From Haliotis rubra (lineage: Eukaryota): a stretch of DNA of 64,000 bases. Below are positions 37,161 to 53,976 of this stretch, one piece after another (position 1 is the first letter of the stretch; each line of letters starts with the position of its first letter). The stretch spans positions 806,001 to 870,000 of the forward strand of contig NW_025767224.1 of the NCBI RefSeq assembly GCF_003918875.1, given 5' to 3'. A program made the translations under genes and the position numbers. The notes under the pieces are model-generated. The model was not told the origin of the DNA and made no database searches. It saw only the letters and a program-made list of their open reading frames with translations.

Positions 37161-38124
37161 ACTGAAGAAATGCCTTTATATCAAAACTGGAGACTCGACT
37201 CCTGTCAATGAAACACGATATTACAGGGGTGACACTTGTGTTTGGAACATAATAAGAGGGGAGGGACTAACATCGTGTTCTTTTGAACAAAGTACCGGAA
37301 GTCGAACAGGACGCCCATTACACAGTCCAAACAAAGAATGTATACTGTTCAGGGCAAGACACTTCCAACACATCGTCCACCAATATGAATAGCTGTAGTA
37401 GCGGCATCATTACATGTGTTTATCTTTCCTATGTGAATACTATCATTGCTGAATACATATTTAGGGGCTCTACATTATTGCTATTGTTGTAATTAGTACC
37501 GTTGTTAATTCATATAAGCAAGAAAGAGATAGGAAATATGAAGACAGTTCCCATGAAGAGGAGCAAACTGATGATACTTCCCAGCAAAGAAAAAATGAAC
37601 TCCCAAAGGAAATGGATGAATGAGCCAAACACTTCCAGGTAGTTGAGGAGATTCCCCATCATCGACCAACCCTATCACCCAAGGAAAGATCAGAGAGGAT
37701 TCCCTAGTTGGGAAACAGACAGTACTTGCAAAAGGTGAGAGAATGTTCCCTCTCATAAGAATCTGACACTGCCGGAAACATAACAGCACATGAGAACACT
37801 CTCCATGAAAGAGATACCCAGCTGTGTAGCAGACAGTACTCGAGAAATGAGAGAACGTTCCCCTGCAAAATATGACATGTGAATTTAGAAAACCCCTGGA
37901 AAAAGATGATAGAACATTTACTTGCGCAAGATGAGGGAACACTCAAGCTAAATGCCCACAAGAAGAGAGAATCCATCACAGAGCACTGCTCCTGAACCTC
38001 AACATCTTTGATGGCGCCTGACCAAACAGTTTCGGTACCGGATACCTCAACCATCTCCTCTAACACCTGAATTACACTTCTCAAACGACTGACACTGTAC
38101 TGACTTCCCCTCAAATACAACATT

Positions 38125-38575
38125 CACTCACCTCTCTAATATCTCATCCAACCCAAACCAACCCGACCCTCCCTTCAGCACATCATAGACCACCTCTCTA
38201 ATATCTCACCTACAGCTCTCTAACATCTCACCTACACCTCTCTAACATCTCACCTACACCTCTCTAATATCTCACCTACACCTCTCTAACATCTCACCTA
38301 CCTCTCTAATATCTCACCCAACATGACCCTCCCTTCAGCACCCCATAGACCACCTCTCTAACATCTCACCTACACCTCTCTAACATCTCACATACACCTC
38401 TCTAATATCTCACCCAGCATGACCCTCCCTTCAACACCCACAGACCACCTTTCTAACATCTCACCTACACCTCTCTAACATCTCACCGACACCTCTCTAA
38501 TATCTCACCCAACCCAACCCAACCCAACCCAACTCAACCCAACCCAACCCAATCCGACCCTCCCTTCAACACCCC
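38125..38575. repeat. C-rich 22-bp minisatellite (CACCTCTCTAACATCTCACCTA) with a higher-order unit and (CCCAA)n runs
   Basis: Seen directly; GACCCTCCCTTCA recurs four times as a punctuating motif. Confidence 0.9.
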
Positions 38576-38940
38576 AGAGACAAACTTACATCTGTTACAT
38601 TCTAAGATAAAAATATTCCGTCAAATAAACCACATACAAACATGTATATTATTAAAATTAAACTACATATGTTCTGTGGGAAATATGTTTGTCTCCTGAG
38701 GTAAAACAATAAATTACTGACAGAAGTGGGAATGCGAGTATTTTTAATTGAGAACATAAACATCTCTTTCGATAGCGACGTGTCAGTTAATATATAACGA
38801 GCGATAAAAGTGACCATTGGATCAAATCCTCCTGACCCTTTCCGACTTGATTCTATGCAGGCTGAAGAGTGGATTAGTCGTCACAAGACACACTTATCAT
38901 GAGATATGTTGTTTACTGATGATCAACAGAGTATGGGACA

Positions 38941-39113
38941 GTAGTGACTGAGTGAGTTTTGGTTTTACGTCGCTTTTAGCAATGTTCCAGCAATATGACG
39001 GCGGGGGACACCAGAAATGGGCTTCACACATTGTACCCAGGTGGGAAATCGAACTCGGATCTTCGGCGTGACGAGCGAACGCTTTAACCACTAGGCTACC
39101 CCACCGCCCCCAA
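38941..39113 (-). mobile_element. tRNA-derived SINE (family 1) with 8-bp TSD
   Basis: Reverse complement of the family-1 sequence; ATGGGACA at 38933-38940 and 39114-39121. Confidence 0.9.
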
Positions 39114-40034
39114 ATGGGACAATATCGCAGTGTATCAAGCATTGATGTGCGAGGAACGACCGAGGTGATACAGGTTTCAGCCGTTCCCCTAAACCAATAA
39201 GCATGGGACTGGAGGTTGCAAACAGGGAAACATATGGGATCAATATATTGTATTGTATAATAAGTTATGTTTCCAAATAGGCCACCGACTGATGAAATAG
39301 GTAGCAGCACGTTATCATCAGCCAGTCAAAATGCAAACTGGCGACATCCATTCCTGAAAAAGCTGTGAGAATTACTTTGATAAAGTAATCGATTCCGAAC
39401 TTAAAACTTAAAACAGAAAATTCTTAAATGTCAAATAATTGCCCTACGTTTCAATTGCTTATCAGATTGAAGCAAAAGGTAGATGGCGGTTTTGCTGGAA
39501 TCAGTCGTTCATTCCAGTAACTGTCGTTCAGAGTGCCTCGTCTTATTCTTATCCGAGGCCGAATGATTAGAAAACCGATCCGGGATTTCACTTCCGCAAT
39601 TTGGTAAGCAGCGCTCGGATTGGGAGCTGGGACGTAACTGTAATAGGATGTTCTGACATCAATGTGGAGCACCAGCCATCTCTAAGGCATGTTTTAATGA
39701 GATTGCGACTGTTTTACACCCTATGACAGTGTTTTTTGGTCAAAGTAATTTGTAAGTGTATATTTGCTAAAACAAACTTGCAATAGAATTGGAATTCTTT
39801 GGGGACGGTGAAAATACAACATGGCCTGGTCTTCCCATGTTCATGACATGACATGAACAGAAGAGAAAACATTTTAAGCAATTTTTATTCGGTCTTGCCA
39901 TTCAGGCAATATTTGAGTGTTAACTGTGGCGCGCGGATGTAATTAATATATAGTGAAACAGACAATGTATCGTATTCGATTTTTTATTCGGTCGTTCCAA
40001 CAAGGAAACATTTGAGAGTCATTTAAAGGTAGCA

Positions 40035-42573
<2,539 letters not shown>

Positions 42574-42730
42574 GGTTGTTGTAGGTAGATGTGGACCTCA
42601 CGTGGACTGCAAGTTGTCTGGGGTGAGAAAGTCTGATGTTGAGAGCAGGTGCCCGGACACTTATATACAGCTTGACAGCCGGTTGTCGAGAAAGTTGATC
42701 CGTAACAACCGTTGCTAAGCTCATAAGCCG
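42574..42730 (-). promoter_or_regulatory. Proximal promoter and 5'UTR of copy 5 (TATATAA 42667-42661; CTTAGCAAC 42719-42711)
   Basis: Reverse complement of the conserved block. Confidence 0.8.
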
Positions 42731-43181
42731 TCGCCCAACCTAATTAGTACTTGTTTGAGTCAGTTTCAGTCTGCCGTGAAGGATGCCTGTACTGTCCGAG
42801 GTATAAAGTAGGTGTTCACGGAAGTGCTAAAGGGTAATTACTTGCCCGATAATTACACTTAATTCTGCCATCAAATCAGGCCCCTGCGGATATGATACTG
42901 TAGTATATCTAATATGGGATGTGTTTGGTACGGAATACGAGGCCGTTATTTCTATGAAGAATGAATGATCTGTATTTCCTCCATTGGTTACTGAGAGTAC
43001 AATAATTACAAATATTACATATATGTTAACATTATTTTAATTCAGTGGCTATTGAAAGAAATTAATACATCATTAGATGTGCAGGGTGAGATTAGAGACC
43101 ATATGATAGATTATTATATGGTCTCTGGTGAGATACAGCCACCCCGTGTTTCCCCGGGACATTATTTACACACTGAGTATA

Positions 43182-43348
43182 TACTCATGTCAATACTCAT
43201 GCCCCACCCCCACCCCCACCACCCCACCACCCCACACCCCTCACCCCACCCCCACCCCACCACCCCACCACCACCCCAACACACCCCCCCCACACCCCTC
43301 TCCAATAAAAAAACATTGAAGGGGTGACAACCATTATTGGCATGAGTA
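43182..43348. mobile_element. TA-flanked MITE with C-rich interior (left TIR decayed)
   Basis: TA|TACTCATG...GACAACCATTATTGGCATGAGTA|TA; sister copy at 60650-60854. Confidence 0.7.
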
Positions 43349-44190
43349 TATATTCTGCAGGTACTATAGGTTCCAGGAACTGATTTGTCTGAAGACGATG
43401 TTCATGAAGGTCGTCCATGTTGTACGGTCCATGCATTCTAGGATGTGTGTAATGCCACCACGTAGTGTCACCAAGTAGTTCATTCTCCACACAATCTTCC
43501 AGAAGCAACCATCCATGGACTGTAATCATGTAATGCCATTCTGAAGACTACAATGTTTCGTATCCTGCGAGAGCTTGCAGACAAGATTGTCATAATGTTT
43601 CGGCACACTCAGCTAAAAAACCTCGTCGGCGGACATGATAGGTAGGTACATGTGATGTGTTTGAAACGAAATATAAGGTCATTATCTCTTTATCATGTAA
43701 TGCCATCCTGAATTAGATACAATTTTTCAAAAAGATTTCGTATCCTGCCAAACGGCTTGCAGACAATATTGTCGGTATGTTTCGCAGGCACATTGAAAGG
43801 CCCTCTAGTCGTATTGGGAAGGTTTGGCGGTTGAAAAGAAGGGATCGTATTGGCAGATGGGGCTGAAACTAGCTCCTTTCATTTGTATCGAATCATGGTG
43901 ACAAGTTTTTCGAATTGGTTAACAGCATCGATAATGCAAGTCTATATGTGATACACAAAGACTATTTATACCGTGGTAGACGCATACATATTTTTAAAGT
44001 TTATTTCCTTTGACTGAAAGATTATCTGTATAATTTTGTACGTTTGTGTTGTTATGCATTATATGGAAATTCATCACGTTACCGTATGTTGTATTACACG
44101 ATGTAATGAAGCATATGTTCATGTCAGGCTATAATTATTCACGTGAAAGAAACGTGCTATTTGTGCTGGTAAAGATCAACATCGGTTATA

Positions 44191-45472
44191 CAGTACAACC
44201 AGAAATTATTGAGAATTTAGAGATTGTAAGATTTTGGGTTTTTTTCACTCATTACTCACGTATTAAATGTGAATATTAGCAGAACATAACTCCAGATTCA
44301 AAGACAGGTGAACAGTTAGTATTTTGTCAAGTCACCATGGGCAGCAATGCAGGCTTCAATGCGGCGGGGCATACTACTGATCAAAGAAGTTAGAAAGTCG
44401 TGGTCCATGCTGTCCCAATATCGGACCACCTCTTCTTTCATTTCAGCAATATTTGTCAGATTTTTCTTATTGACACTTTCCTTCGTAAGTCCCCAAACAT
44501 TTTCTATTGGATTTAGGTCAGGGCTATAGCCCGGCCAATCTAATAATGTCATATTTTGGGTCCGAAACCAGGCCTGTGAATGCTTTGAACGATGTTTTGG
44601 GTCGTTGTCCTGCTGGAAAATCCAAAACTTTCCATAGAACACGTGAGCAGATGGAAGTAAATGTCCCTCGAGAATATCTGTGTACCGCTCACTGTTCATA
44701 TTCCCTTCAGATACACAGAGGGGCGTTGCCCCTAACACAGATATGCCACCCCACACGTTAAAATTCGGACTGTACTTTGGGCGCTGATACAAAGGTTTTT
44801 CAGTTTGTTTGGTCCAGAATTTCAGTGTATTAGGAAACAGACACACAGAACTTTCATCTGAGAAAATCACATTGTCCCAGTTAAAATTTCTATGCTGTAA
44901 GCACCAGTTCAACCTTTGCTCCTTTTGTTCAGGTTTCATGATCAGTGATGGAATTCCTGGACTTTTCTGCCAACCCATTGCATGCAGCTCAGTTCTAATT
45001 GTCTCCTTACAGACAGCCACAGTTCCTCTATCAATCATATCCAGCCTTAAACTCCTTCGTTTGTTTTTAGAAACAAGAATACCAAGCCGCCTCCTGTCAC
45101 CGACAGTCAATTTTCTGGGCCTACCGTCGCCTCCCTGGTGCTCAATGCCATATCCATTTGCAATATTTTTCAAAGCACGATAAACAGTGGACAAAGGGAT
45201 GCCTGTTCTACTCGAAATCACTTTAGCTGATCTGATGTCCTTGTTATAATACTCTAAAATCTTCTCTAAATCATCCATACTGAGGATCACTGATAATGTC
45301 GTCTGCTAGCAAGTAAACAAAGGGGGATAACTCTTCACAAACTAATAAGAAGGGATTAACGGAGTTGTCTCTCTTGAATGAAACCAAGCACTTGATAGCT
45401 GGTCAAGGTTGTTTATACTAGAAATCCAATTAAACATATTCCTAAAATTCTCAATAATTTCTGGTCATACTA
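44191..45472 (-). mobile_element. Full-length Tc1-family DNA transposon (~1.28 kb)
   Basis: ~30-bp imperfect TIRs CAGTACAACCAGAAATTATTGAGAATTTAG / CTAAAATTCTCAATAATTTCTGGTCATACTA; TA at 44189-44190 and 45473-45474. Confidence 0.92.
44316..45278 (-). CDS. Tc1 DD34E transposase, open ORF of 320 aa from ATG 45278 (two 9-bp in-frame deletions relative to sister copies)
   Basis: HTH plus GRPRK, FSDES, QQDNDPKH, SPDLNPIENVW; 34 residues counted between second D and E. Confidence 0.88.
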   Translation of the reverse strand: MDDLEKILEYYNKDIRSAKVISSRTGIPLSTVYRALKNIANGYGIEHQGGDGRPRKLTVGDRRRLGILVSKNKRRSLRLDMIDRGTVAVCKETIRTELHAMGWQKSPGIPSLIMKPEQKEQRLNWCLQHRNFNWDNVIFSDESSVCLFPNTLKFWTKQTEKPLYQRPKYSPNFNVWGGISVLGATPLCVSEGNMNSERYTDILEGHLLPSAHVFYGKFWIFQQDNDPKHRSKHSQAWFRTQNMTLLDWPGYSPDLNPIENVWGLTKESVNKKNLTNIAEMKEEVVRYWDSMDHDFLTSLISSMPRRIEACIAAHGDLTKY

Positions 45473-47604
45473 TACAGTGCTAGCCCTATAATACACCACG
45501 CCACAGTTTAGCATGACTACTTAACTCAAACCCAGCATACTGACTTCGAGCCGACCAGTCCTTGATGTAGTTACCTTATGCCGAGCGCCAGCCAGGGTAA
45601 CAACAAGTACTATCTTTTACCGCCGCGGCTCGGGGTCGAACCTCGACCCCAACTTTCTGAGTCACACAAGACCACGGAGGCAGCCCAATGTCAGACGTCA
45701 TATGGCTAATCTACCCTGTGTGTAGCTCTTGTGTAGCCCATAATATACCGTACATTGTATGTAATTTGTACATTATTTTCAACCAACTTAGGTAGTAAAA
45801 CAAATGAAGAATATACATATATCAACTGTATGAATTATCTCGATAACCCTATGTATTTTATGTCTTCGAGCAGTGTAAAACCCTACAAACATATAAAATG
45901 TATCATTTACGATTTAATGGATATGGTGAGGGTTGGCCGGGGTAGATACTGAGGGAGCTGGACATTCCCACGGACAATTGTATTCCTTTAAAGCTTTGAT
46001 TTTCTCACTATTCTCGATGTTGCGAAATTATTACCCAGTTAGAGCCCTGGGATTAGCGCTGAAATAGAGACCTAAACTGTCAAATCACTCAGTGCCAACT
46101 CATGATCGATGGATATTCAATAATTTGAAGTCAAAGATGGAGTCGAATAAATTTCAGCATCAATAAGCAATATGTTCTAGAAACTTACCATGAAGAAAGT
46201 TCTCGAACGATGAAGCTTTACATTTTCAAACAACCAGCGGTGGATGACAATATTTTCCAAAACAAACCTGACTACTCTTCATGTTGAAGAGTCTTTCATC
46301 CACGAAACCTGACGAATTAACGACCCAGAGTAAGGTCCACAACCCCTAGTCAATATCGATATGTCACCAGCCATACTTCACGAAGCTAACAATAACAGTT
46401 GAAGAGTCCAATGTTTAGTTTTAGAACGATAATAATTTCATGGATGTGTGTTTGATGCGATTGAGGAAAATACGTGCCTATATAGTAGTGAAGTCTCTAC
46501 AAGGCACGTTTGACATTAATGAGCACCTTACATCGTGTTTTTTGTATACTGTTATACTTGACTCCAGATATAGCAGTGAGTGAGTCTTCATCTATGTTGC
46601 TTATCGCCATATTCCAGCCACAGCACGTCGGAGTACGCTGGAAACGGGCTTCACAGGGGCGCTTTTACCAAAACGTTTCCCTACTGACTCCAGATGTATT
46701 GACAGTGTCTCTGATTAAATACTGCAAGTTTATTATGGAAAGAAGATTCTAACAGCTAAAGCTTTTCGGTGAAGGTTAAATCCCAGTAACGGAGGTGACA
46801 AGAGCTGCGTGACGCCACAACCACCAATCTGTGTATAGTGGTTTATGTACGCTTCTTTTGTTAAGTGGCGTTTTAATGGTGGGGAAAATATTAGCAATAT
46901 GTTCGTAGTAGCTGTCACTGGCGGCAATTGATTGAAACTTTTAGTACCAAACACCAATTAGATCCCGTCGTGGGCAGATCGGGACAGCAGTACAGCAGCG
47001 AATAGAGCTTTGAACATTTTAAGGTTGGTTTTGTGCTGGAATGAGATTGATCTGCCCTTTTTGTTCAAATGAACATGGATACCCATGAAGGCCCGGGTTA
47101 GAATAGGTCTCACTCGTGAAAGAACGAGTTAGAATTGGTCTTCGGCAACCCGTGCTTGTCGTAAAAGGCTACTAACGGGACCGGAAGGCCAGGTTCGCTG
47201 ACACAACAGATCCATCAAGGCTCCCAGTAACATACGTTACTATATCCCATCAGTTGTAACTACAGGAAGAACACAGAAACTTTCGTCTTTCGTATCGTTT
47301 CATTTCATATCAACTGTCTTTAAGTTGGGGACAATGAAATAGACTTCAAATAGTATATTATTTTTTCACGATATTGTCTTCCTATAATAACGAAAGCAAC
47401 GGACAAACATCGTTTTCCGCTATTGTTTATTCTTTCATTCCTCCAAGGTATTATTTGAGAGTCAGGTATGGGTATCACTAATACTCCCCTCCTCTGATCT
47501 TCCCATGTTCATGATCGCAAATCAAACAGAAGAGGAAACATTTTAAGCATTTATTTATTCGGTCGTGCCATTCAGGCAACATTTGAGTGTCATTTGTGGT
47601 AGCA

Positions 47605-50156
<2,552 letters not shown>

Positions 50157-50312
50157 GATTGTTGTAGGTAGATGTGGACCTCACGTGGACTGCAAGTTGT
50201 ATGGGGTGAGAAAGTCTGATGTTGAGAGCAGGTGCCAGGACACTTATATACAGCTTGACAGCCGGTTGTCGAGAAAGTTGATCCGTAACAACCGTTGCTA
50301 AGCTCATAAGCC
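50157..50312 (-). promoter_or_regulatory. Proximal promoter and 5'UTR of copy 6 (TATATAA 50250-50244)
   Basis: Reverse complement of the conserved block. Confidence 0.8.
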
Positions 50313-50574
50313 GTCGTTCGAACTAATTAGTACTTGTTTGAGTCAGTTTCAGTCTGCCGTGAAGGATGCCTGTACTGTCCGAGGTATAAAGTAGGTGTTC
50401 ACGGAAGTGCTAAAGGGTAATTGCTTGCCCGATAATTACACTTAATTCGGCCATCAAATCAGGCCAGGGCGGATATGATACTGTAGTATATCTAATATGG
50501 GATGTGTTTGGTACGGAATACGAGGCCGTTATTTCTATGAAGAATGAATGATCTGTATTTCCTCCATTGGTTAC

Positions 50575-53500
50575 TAGCCCAGCGGATAAGTGCACTTTTT
50601 TCACTGCATTGTGCACTTTGTGTTACAAGCATGAAACTTGGCATGATTGTAGCTTATACCATTCTAACTGAATAAAGATCGAGAGGCCTCGCAGATTTTT
50701 ATACTATTTTATGGGGAAAAAGGAAAAATATAATTTTTATACTATTTTCGTCATAACCTTTACAAAATTCTCCAATTCTCATAAGTCATATATCAAATTG
50801 TAGGAAATCCATAGCTGGTCATTTTCCATCTATACATGTCTTTTTATCTTTAACGGTTAGGTCTACGGAAGTCCATTTATATCATGACTACCCGAAAATG
50901 CGAAAAGTGGCGGCCATTTTGAAAAATGGACGCCAATTTTCGCACACCATTTTGCAAAATGGCCGCCATATAGAGTACATCAGTAAAATAAGTATGAGAT
51001 CATCCCATGATCTAAAATATTTTTATCATTTCTTTGCAAATTCAATACCAGAAGCCTCGCAGATTGTTGTAATTTTTTATATTTGGGGGGAAAAAGTGGG
51101 GGAAAATTGAATTTTCCAAAAAATGTTCCTTTAACTCAATTTCAAATCCTCATAAATTATCTAACTAGAATATTGTGAGAACAGACGAAAGTTTATTTTA
51201 AGGAATATATCATTAGATTTACTTACATTTATAATGTATGAGCTTGATTGGCTATAGATCACCTATGAAAACTTATCAAAATCAACGCAAATATATTTCA
51301 TTTCAACATCAATGTCAAAGTAGCTATCTCATTAATCTATGGACGGTTACTCAATCATGTGTAATTGTATCTAGCTTGACTGGATCAGAAAAGTGCAGTG
51401 CACTTAAGAGCTGCTTTTAAACACTTGGACCAGTTTGAACATTTTATACACATGCATTTCAGCAATTCCTGGCAGCCCTTTCATGCCAACAGAAGAGTTG
51501 TCCATACAGGTCCAAGCTCTCCCCTAGAGTTATTGCCAACCCTATACAGAGGGCTTGGTAACTCCTGTGATTTCATCAGGGATTGCTCTGAAACATAACT
51601 CCCCTGATTTACAGCTCTCTTTATATGTTGGATCAAAGCTTATTCTGTTGGGGGGAATATTGTCCAAAGTTCTCCCCATCGTGGTGAACAAATGCTTTCT
51701 TGCTTCATTCACTTTCATGAGGTTGCTTGCTCTGTCATACAGCAATGATGAATCAGCATTAGTGATTAGTGATTTCAAGTGGTGGACAGGTGAGGGAAAT
51801 AGAGGTGCCTGTAAGTTCAGGAAAAGCAATCCATGCATTCCACGAGGTCTTTCATATCAAAGGATGACACAATGTCACAGAATGTGAAGCTGTGAAACAT
51901 TGGAAGGGATCTACTTTTCTCAGGACCCAGACCTGATGCAAGTTCATGAATTACAATATAGAGGAAGAGTTTTCCGGTACCAAACCCCACCCATACTTCT
52001 TCAAGATCGAGAATGCCTGTTGCAGCTATGGCCAAGACAACCACATCAGTGTCAACAGTACGGCTGTAAAACTTCTTCCATCCTTTATGTGAAGCATCAG
52101 TGAAGCAACTTTCTTTTATCTTTTTATCTCTTAATAGTTACAGGGTGCCAATTCCAAAAGGTCTTTTGGTTGATTGGACACCACATATTCGCCAATAGGG
52201 CTGATGACTTGTTTGATTCTATCAAGGCTATTTTCTGTACAAGGAAAGCAAAAAAGATATTTCTTGCTGGTATCACACCTCAGGAATTCTTGTCAGTGCC
52301 TCAGAACTGGCTTCCACTCGTCGTCTTTTTCCACTTCCTCTTTTTGTTCTTACACTGGATTTTTACGCTGTCCGTTTTGTATTCGTCCCAGACAATATCC
52401 ACTCTCTGATTAGTGTCCAGAAGAGACTGCAAGTACTTCAAGAACACATTATCAGCATATTCATCAAATGCTATTGGAGCTGCTGCTGGTTTCAGCATGT
52501 TTATTACTGCAGATCCATCAAGGATTGATACGTCAACATTTGGTGTTGAGTCAGTTGGTGGTGAAATTTTCTTCAAAGCAATTGAGAAGAACTGATTTTG
52601 CGCATGGACGTAGAGAACCTTGATGAGATATAGTTGGATAGCAAGACTGATTTTCATGTCTGACAAACTCATCCAGGTTTCCATCCCTTGACTCGTTTGT
52701 GTATATCTTGTCTTCATGGAAGAAGTTCTACATCCGTATTGTTGACACAGATGTGGTTGTGTTGGCCATAGCTGCATCAAGCGTTCTCAGTGTTTCACAG
52801 CTTCACAGGCCATGGCAGTATGTCATCCTTTGGTGGAATTGAAAAGAAGGCCTCGCGGAATACATGGAATACTTTTCCTGAACTTACAGGCACCTTTATT
52901 TCCCTCGCTTGTCCACCACTTGAAATCCTAATGCACAAAATTAATCAGCATGAGAGAGTTGTTGTACTGCTGTATGACAGTGCAAGCAACCTCATGAAAG
53001 TGAATGAGCAAGAAAACATTTGTTTGCCACAAAGGGGAGAACACTGGACAATATTCCCCCAACAGAATCAACTTTGATCCAACATACAGTAACTATGGAC
53101 AACTCTCACGAAGGCATGAAAGAGCAGCCGGGAATTGCTGAAATGCATGTGTATAAAATGTTCAAACCGGTCCAAGTGCGTTAAAGCATCTCTCAAGTGC
53201 TATGCACTTTTCTCATTCAGTCAAGCTAGACACAATTACACATGATTGAGTAACATTCCATAGAGTGATGAGATAGCTACTTTGACATTGATGTTGTGTT
53301 GATTTTGAAATGTTTTTATAGGTGTTCTATAGCCAATCAAGCTCATACATTATACATGTAAGTAAATCTAATGATATATTCCTTAAAATAAACTTTCGTC
53401 TGTTCTCACAATATTCTAGATACATAATTTATGAGGATTTAAAATTGACTTAAAGGAACATTTTGGAAAATTCAATTTTTTCCCCACTTTTCCCCCCAAA

Positions 53501-53976
53501 TATAAAAAAATTACAACAATCTGTGAGGCTTCTGGTATTGAATTTGCAAAGAAATGATAAAAATATTTTAGATCATGGGGTGATCTCATACTTATTTTAC
53601 TGATGTACTCTATATGGCGTCCATTTTTCAAAATGGCCGCCACTTTTCGCATTTTCGGGTAGTCATGATATAAATTGACTTCCGTAGACCTAACCGTTAA
53701 AGATAAAAAGACATGTATAGATGGAAAATGACCAGCTATGGATTTCCTACAATTTGATATATGACTTATGAGAATTGGAGAATTTTGTAAAAGGTTATGA
53801 CGAAAATAGTATAAAAAATTATATTTTTTCACTTTTTTCCCCAAAATTATGGAAAATATAAAAAATCTGCGAGGCCTCTCGATCTTTATTCAGTTAGAAT
53901 GGTATAAGCTACAATCATGCCAAGTTTCATGCTTGTAACACAAAGTGCACAATTTCATCACTTATCCGCTGGGCTA
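50575..53976. mobile_element. Academ-type DNA transposon derivative, 3.4 kb, very long inverted arms, 3-bp TSD (TAC)
   Basis: Ends TAGCCCAGCGGATAAGTG / CACTTATCCGCTGGGCTA; TAC at 50572-50574 and 53977-53979; empty site in sister units (~42985-43000, ~60495-60510, one base differing next to the TAC); decayed XPG-like motifs LDGSAVINML, RVDIVWDEY, VDTDVVVLAIA, FHSFT.CD, then Cys-rich codons; superfamily call from recalled AcademX features. Confidence 0.8.

Noticed and set aside
35677-37211. Repeat-protein ORFs (REVILMTLEHNT)n on both strands, or a CRISPR-like array
   Set aside because: Product of a 36-bp unit divisible by 3; frame broken by indels; units are contiguous with no unique spacers, no cas genes, eukaryotic context
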